DNA from: Bdellovibrionales bacterium | Lineage (GTDB): Bacteria > Bdellovibrionota > Bdellovibrionia > Bdellovibrionales > JAGQZY01 | Length of the DNA stretch: 64,000 nucleotides | Direction: 5' to 3' | Assembly: GCA_031426555.1 (NCBI GenBank) | Contig: JANPLN010000030.1 | Location: 32,001-96,000 of the forward strand | Shown here: in pieces, positions 59,541 through 64,000 of the stretch | How the letters are laid out: each line of letters opens with the position of its first letter | Numbering within the stretch: the stretch's first letter is position 1 | The notes under the pieces: model-generated | What the model saw: the letters and a program-made list of their open reading frames with translations, nothing else | What the model was told of the DNA's origin: nothing | Databases searched by the model: none | Made by a program: the position numbers and the translations under genes

Positions 59541-61886
59541 TTACTTCTTAATTTCTCGAAGCATTTCGCGCAAATCCAGCATTAAATCTTGTCGTCTGTT
59601 GCTGTACTCCAACATTTTCGCAGGGTACACTTTATCGTTATAAGCAGTCATGGCCACTTCGTAAGCCTGGAGTGCTTTTGGATAATTATCCACAGCGAGA
59701 TCCTGAGTGATTTTTTTTGCAAAAATCTCGATACCAGCATGATACTTCTGCTCATACGCGTTTAAATTCAAAGTACGACCTTTTTTAAGATCTTTACCAA
59801 CCAAGTTTAGAACTCTCGCGGGAACTTGCTTCACCAGTACGCTTTCGTCGGATGTGTAACTGTAGCGTTTTTGAGCAACGGGTTTAGTAGGTTCTACCAG
59901 ACCACTTGGTTTAAAGCCTTTGAGTGTGAGGTCAGAAAACTGTGACTTGGACGTATTCGTCGCCTCTAAATCAATCGGAAGTTTGATTTCGATTTCGCCA
60001 CGGTTTGCAAGTTCAAGAGAATGGATAGCTGTGTCGCCAATGGTTCCTGCTTGAAAATACTTTGCCATGTCTAAACTGTCATTTTGACCGTTAACGATAT
60101 CTACCATCGAAATTTCATACGAGATCTCGATGCGTTCGAGCACAGGTTGGCTGGCTAGATTTTCGAGAACTTCTTTGTTTTTTAAAAAAACATCGATCGC
60201 AGACGTATCTTTGCTTTCAATCGTTTCAAAGTCCGTGTACTTGCCGCCGTACCAATTTCGTTTTTCAACGGGCATGACTCTTTGAGTAACAACGATTTCA
60301 AAACCATTTTGTTGAGCTTGTTTAATTTCGTTTTCTAATTTGAGCTTAGTCAAAGAACGATCAATCAAACGTTCGAAATAATCCGCGTAAGTGCCCTCGA
60401 ACTTTTCAAGGGATCCATCTGTAGAAATCAGTTCAAAGCTTGTTTTGTGATTAAGAAGTCCAAGGGAATTGAGCTCCGAAATACATTCTTTTCCAACAAC
60501 ATCACATACATTTTGTTTGTTTTGGCTAAGAACGAAACTAGATGGCTTTGATAAGTTGAGGTTTTCAAGAGAGCGTATAGGTGTATTTAAGGGACGAACT
60601 TTTGTCATCTCGACAATCAATTTTTCTTTACGATCAAAACTCATATCAGAAGAACCGTAAAGGGAAATTTTCATGTTCACGCGAATTTGCTGAATGGGGC
60701 GTACAATCAGCCACATGTTGGCGTTGGCGTTGCCAGTTGTACTGGCGATCTCGGAAAGATTTTTATTGATTGAATCACGTAAAACTTTTATTTCAGCTGC
60801 AGTTCCAGTAACAATAAACGAATCATCCACACGACTGACTTCTTTTTTAGTCTTAACATACATCGTACGGGTCTGATTTTTATTTCCAATAGCTGCGGAT
60901 CGATCTCCAGTAGAAATTTTGAATTCAGGAAGGTATGCTTTGTGTGCATTGTCCGAGCTAAGACCTTCTTTGGTATTGAAGTTGATAATTTGTTGGCGAA
61001 CGGTCTCGATATTTTCAACGCTGCCGAACCCCCAAAGAGATACTCTAAAAGCAAAGTTGTCATTAGCTTGAATTTTTTCGAAAACATCGCCATTTCCTGA
61101 TTTGATAAAAAAGTCGCGCGCGGCTCCAACGTCAGCGGCAAATTTACTGATCTGTTCATTCAAGGCCAGCTGGTCATTAGCGAACTTCTCTTGAGCAATT
61201 TTTAACGTTTCTTGAGCCTGAGCCAAGGCTTTTTGGGCTGAGACCAAAGATTTTTCACGTGCGTCCAGTTCTTTAAGGTCCGTTTCGAGCTCTTTGAGTT
61301 GCTCGGCAAGATTTTTTTCAGTGGCCGCATACTTTTCGTTTCTAGATTTTTCTTCTTTATCAAGAGCAATTAATGTGTCTTTTTTTAATTTTTCTATGTC
61401 ACTGTTCGCGCGAGCTTTTTCGGTGGCGAGCTCAGATTTAACGCGATTAATTTCGGCAACAAGGTCACTTTTTTCCTGTGCAATGGTTTCACGAGTTTGA
61501 CTAAGAACCATCTCTTGCTTGGCGATTTCGCTGCGAATGACAGCGATTTTCTGTTCAATTTGGTTTAGGCGAGCGGAGGCATCGCGGATTTCTTCGTTCA
61601 ACTTACTAAGTTGATGTTCACGGTCGCTTCTTTGTCGAGAGAAAATCATTTCTTTTTCTTTAAGTTCTGTTTTCAGGGTTTCTGATTCTGAGATCAGTTG
61701 TTGTAATTGCGCGTTCAATTCTTGGTTCTTTTGAGTTTCACTTTTTGCTTTTTCAGTTTCTACAGCAAATTGACCCTTTTGATTCTCAAGATCTCTTTTT
61801 TCACTTTTATTGTTACATGCCATTAAGACTGAGGCGCAAATTCCGGTGGAAATTATTGTTCTGAAAACTTCTTTTTTATTAATCAT
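59541..61886 (-). CDS. Large lipoprotein with N-terminal coiled coil
   Basis: SD GGAGGA, lipobox LMAC, about 230 aa of E/K/Q heptads, then an unrecognised globular region. Confidence 0.8.
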   Translation of the reverse strand: MINKKEVFRTIISTGICASVLMACNNKSEKRDLENQKGQFAVETEKAKSETQKNQELNAQLQQLISESETLKTELKEKEMIFSRQRSDREHQLSKLNEEIRDASARLNQIEQKIAVIRSEIAKQEMVLSQTRETIAQEKSDLVAEINRVKSELATEKARANSDIEKLKKDTLIALDKEEKSRNEKYAATEKNLAEQLKELETDLKELDAREKSLVSAQKALAQAQETLKIAQEKFANDQLALNEQISKFAADVGAARDFFIKSGNGDVFEKIQANDNFAFRVSLWGFGSVENIETVRQQIINFNTKEGLSSDNAHKAYLPEFKISTGDRSAAIGNKNQTRTMYVKTKKEVSRVDDSFIVTGTAAEIKVLRDSINKNLSEIASTTGNANANMWLIVRPIQQIRVNMKISLYGSSDMSFDRKEKLIVEMTKVRPLNTPIRSLENLNLSKPSSFVLSQNKQNVCDVVGKECISELNSLGLLNHKTSFELISTDGSLEKFEGTYADYFERLIDRSLTKLKLENEIKQAQQNGFEIVVTQRVMPVEKRNWYGGKYTDFETIESKDTSAIDVFLKNKEVLENLASQPVLERIEISYEISMVDIVNGQNDSLDMAKYFQAGTIGDTAIHSLELANRGEIEIKLPIDLEATNTSKSQFSDLTLKGFKPSGLVEPTKPVAQKRYSYTSDESVLVKQVPARVLNLVGKDLKKGRTLNLNAYEQKYHAGIEIFAKKITQDLAVDNYPKALQAYEVAMTAYNDKVYPAKMLEYSNRRQDLMLDLREMLREIKK

Positions 61887-62238
61887 CGTATCCTCCGATA
61901 AATTTTTAAATAAATAACCTTTTCTGTGTACTAAGCATGAAGTGTACCAACCTACCTCCGCGTCCATATTTGCAGTTCTTCGCGATGAGAGGTTGAGCTA
62001 AGTAGTTGAAAGTCAGAAGGATAAGTCAGAAGTGTTTAAGAAATTGATAGTTTCAATTTTCGATTCAAGCGCTGTATAAAAGAGTATAGACTGTCAACTT
62101 GAGCCCCTGAGTGTCATATGAAAATGCATATATTGAATTTGAGTTTTATAAATTTTCATTTTATTGCGATTAAGACCCTTCGGGACACAGCCTTAATCAC
62201 CTTTGACAAAGACCTCAGCTCCTTTTAGCTTTCTGCCC

Positions 62239-62715
62239 ATGAAAAGATCAATTCGCCCGGCCACCGCTTTAGATGTTCCATTTATTTTGCAAATGATTCG
62301 CGCGCTTGCGGACTATGAAAAAGAGCCCCTAGAGGTCACGATCACAGCCGATGAGTTACTGAGGGATGGATTTGCGGACAAACCTTTGTTTCAGTGTTTG
62401 GTTTTACAGCTCGATGAAAAGCCCGTGGGATTTGCTTTGTCCTACAATCGGTATTCTACATGGAAAGGGAAGACACTTTATTTGGAAGACTTGTTTGTTA
62501 TTCCCGAGGCCCGTGGTCAGGGGTTAGGCAAACTGGCCATGGTGGAGTTAGCAAGGATTGCTCGAGATTCTGGTTGTGTTCGCTTTGAGTGGCAGGTTTT
62601 GGATTGGAATCAGCCGGCTATAGATTTTTATAAATCTTTCGGCACTTCGTTGCAGCCGCAGTGGGTAACATGCCGCCTGGATAGGCAGGGTGTGGACGAG
62701 CTGGCACGCGAGTAA
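62239..62715 (+). CDS. GNAT acetyltransferase, spermidine/diamine acetyltransferase-like
   Basis: LA.YEK, YSTWKGK.LYLEDLFV.PEARG.GLG, W.VLDWN.PAIDFY. Confidence 0.92.
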   Translation: MKRSIRPATALDVPFILQMIRALADYEKEPLEVTITADELLRDGFADKPLFQCLVLQLDEKPVGFALSYNRYSTWKGKTLYLEDLFVIPEARGQGLGKLAMVELARIARDSGCVRFEWQVLDWNQPAIDFYKSFGTSLQPQWVTCRLDRQGVDELARE

Positions 62716-62807
62716 ACGCCTCAAAATGATCCATAATATCATTATTGCCATCTTAACTTACGCAGACGCCTTGAAGTTTGCTAAGATAAGGAGGTACGGG
62801 GGATTCT

Positions 62808-63608
62808 ATGTTTAAATGGATAAGCGCCTGCTTTGCTATTTTAGTTGTTCTTTTTGCATTCCAAAACTGCTCACAAAAATCATTCAGTGCCAAAGAGAGC
62901 GCGTCTGCGCTGTCCGTTGGATCAGATACTGAGTCGCAGTTCGACGAGGACGCCACTACTGACAATAACAACTCAACGACGCCCAAGGATTTAGATGAGG
63001 ACATCGTAACATCTCCTCCGAGAGAGGAAGTTAACTTTACCAATTGTCAGTCTTTCCAAGAGTTAACGGGCGATTCCATCGTTGTTCCAGCGCGCACAGC
63101 AAATAACGTCTGTTACTACGTGCGATTCATGACGGAACAATCAGCGGCAAAATCCGGGACTCGCGGTGAAGCTTTGGCGAGTGATGTGATTGCCAGTCCG
63201 CATACGCGACCCGACGGGGATATGCATCCCTATGTTTTGGGACAAAAAGAAATCACTCAGTTACAACTTTTAGGACCTCGCAATGTGGCTTTGTCGGGAA
63301 GTTTTTCAAACGCCCAGGCCAGCATGTCGATCGATATCTTTTTTCTTTTGGAACAGAGCACAGAGGTGGGATCGTACCGCGCTTGGGCTTACGGGACGGC
63401 CGATGCCGAACCTGCCGGGGGCAAGATCACAGTTGGCAATTATGTGGTTGAAAATTTTTATTCCTACGCATCAGGAGGTACGGCTAGGGTCACTGCCATC
63501 GACATGACTTCGGCGATCCCCTCAGGCCTTAAAATGAGCATTCGTTTTCGCGGCCTCGACTGTGGTTCTTCGGCCCAGGCCAGCGATGTGTTTATGGTGT
63601 TTCACTAG
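62808..63608 (+). CDS. Lipoprotein with FQNC-type lipobox
   Basis: Hydrophobic leader ending AFQNCS, Ser/Thr/Asp linker, beta-rich C-terminal domain. Confidence 0.8.
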   Translation: MFKWISACFAILVVLFAFQNCSQKSFSAKESASALSVGSDTESQFDEDATTDNNNSTTPKDLDEDIVTSPPREEVNFTNCQSFQELTGDSIVVPARTANNVCYYVRFMTEQSAAKSGTRGEALASDVIASPHTRPDGDMHPYVLGQKEITQLQLLGPRNVALSGSFSNAQASMSIDIFFLLEQSTEVGSYRAWAYGTADAEPAGGKITVGNYVVENFYSYASGGTARVTAIDMTSAIPSGLKMSIRFRGLDCGSSAQASDVFMVFH

Positions 63609-63981
63609 TCTCTTCGATAACAATAAGATCCGTCATGTCCTGATAATCATCAATGTTCATAAAAACATCAGGGAGTTGGTTGATGAGCCACGGGACATCG
63701 TTTTCGGCGTTTTCCATAACCAATTGTGCTGTGGGCGACGAACTAAATTCTTGCGCGTAAGTGATGCTCCACTGTTTCAAGCTCTCAATTTCGGCTTGAG
63801 ACACTAAGATTTTGATATTTTCAAATTCGTTGGTCTGGGATAGTTCCTTTGCGATCATATGCTTCCCATACAGAAAGTAGAAAACTTTATAGACGAGGTC
63901 GCTGCCGGGAATGAAGTAGTCTTCTGAGCGCCAATCAACACACATGGCAAACTCAATTCCGCCATCATAGGGAGATTTCAT
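63592..63981 (-). CDS. Acidic hypothetical protein (start may lie at or beyond the window edge)
   Basis: 129-aa ORF convergent with the FQNC lipoprotein; no recognised motif. Confidence 0.45.
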   Translation of the reverse strand: MKSPYDGGIEFAMCVDWRSEDYFIPGSDLVYKVFYFLYGKHMIAKELSQTNEFENIKILVSQAEIESLKQWSITYAQEFSSSPTAQLVMENAENDVPWLINQLPDVFMNIDDYQDMTDLIVIEETSETP

Positions 63982-64000
63982 GCGAGCGCCGGTACGTTGT

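Overview
A 64 kb chromosomal segment, most likely from a Bdellovibrionota (predatory) bacterium. This is inferred from an FQNC-type lipoprotein, the mevalonate pathway, alternative complex III and a delta-type T2SS. Core content in order: OM beta-barrel, ssb, a type II secretion cluster (gspN-M-L-K-J-I-H-G-F-E-D on the minus strand, gspC divergent), PduO adenosyltransferase, N-formylglutamate amidohydrolase, system II cytochrome c biogenesis, actABCDEF, thrS (frameshifted)-infC-[two inserted genes]-rpmI-rplT, and a five-gene mevalonate cluster. An accessory-looking right third follows: a secreted protein/class A PBP/giant coiled-coil operon, RND+TolC without an adaptor, nupC, recQ, several lipoproteins and an internally deleted Y1/HUH transposase-like gene. 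The most unusual non-coding signal is four long foldback elements with 47-67 bp near-perfect arms that are unrelated to each other. Two share a covarying two-hairpin core with GGA loops, one has an exact 7-bp flanking direct repeat, and one includes the 3' end of gspN in its arm. A cluster of AGGAN-loop hairpins (Csr/Rsm-sRNA-like) lies beside the transposase remnant. No rRNA, tRNA or CRISPR array was recognised. All calls are by eye; no searches were run.
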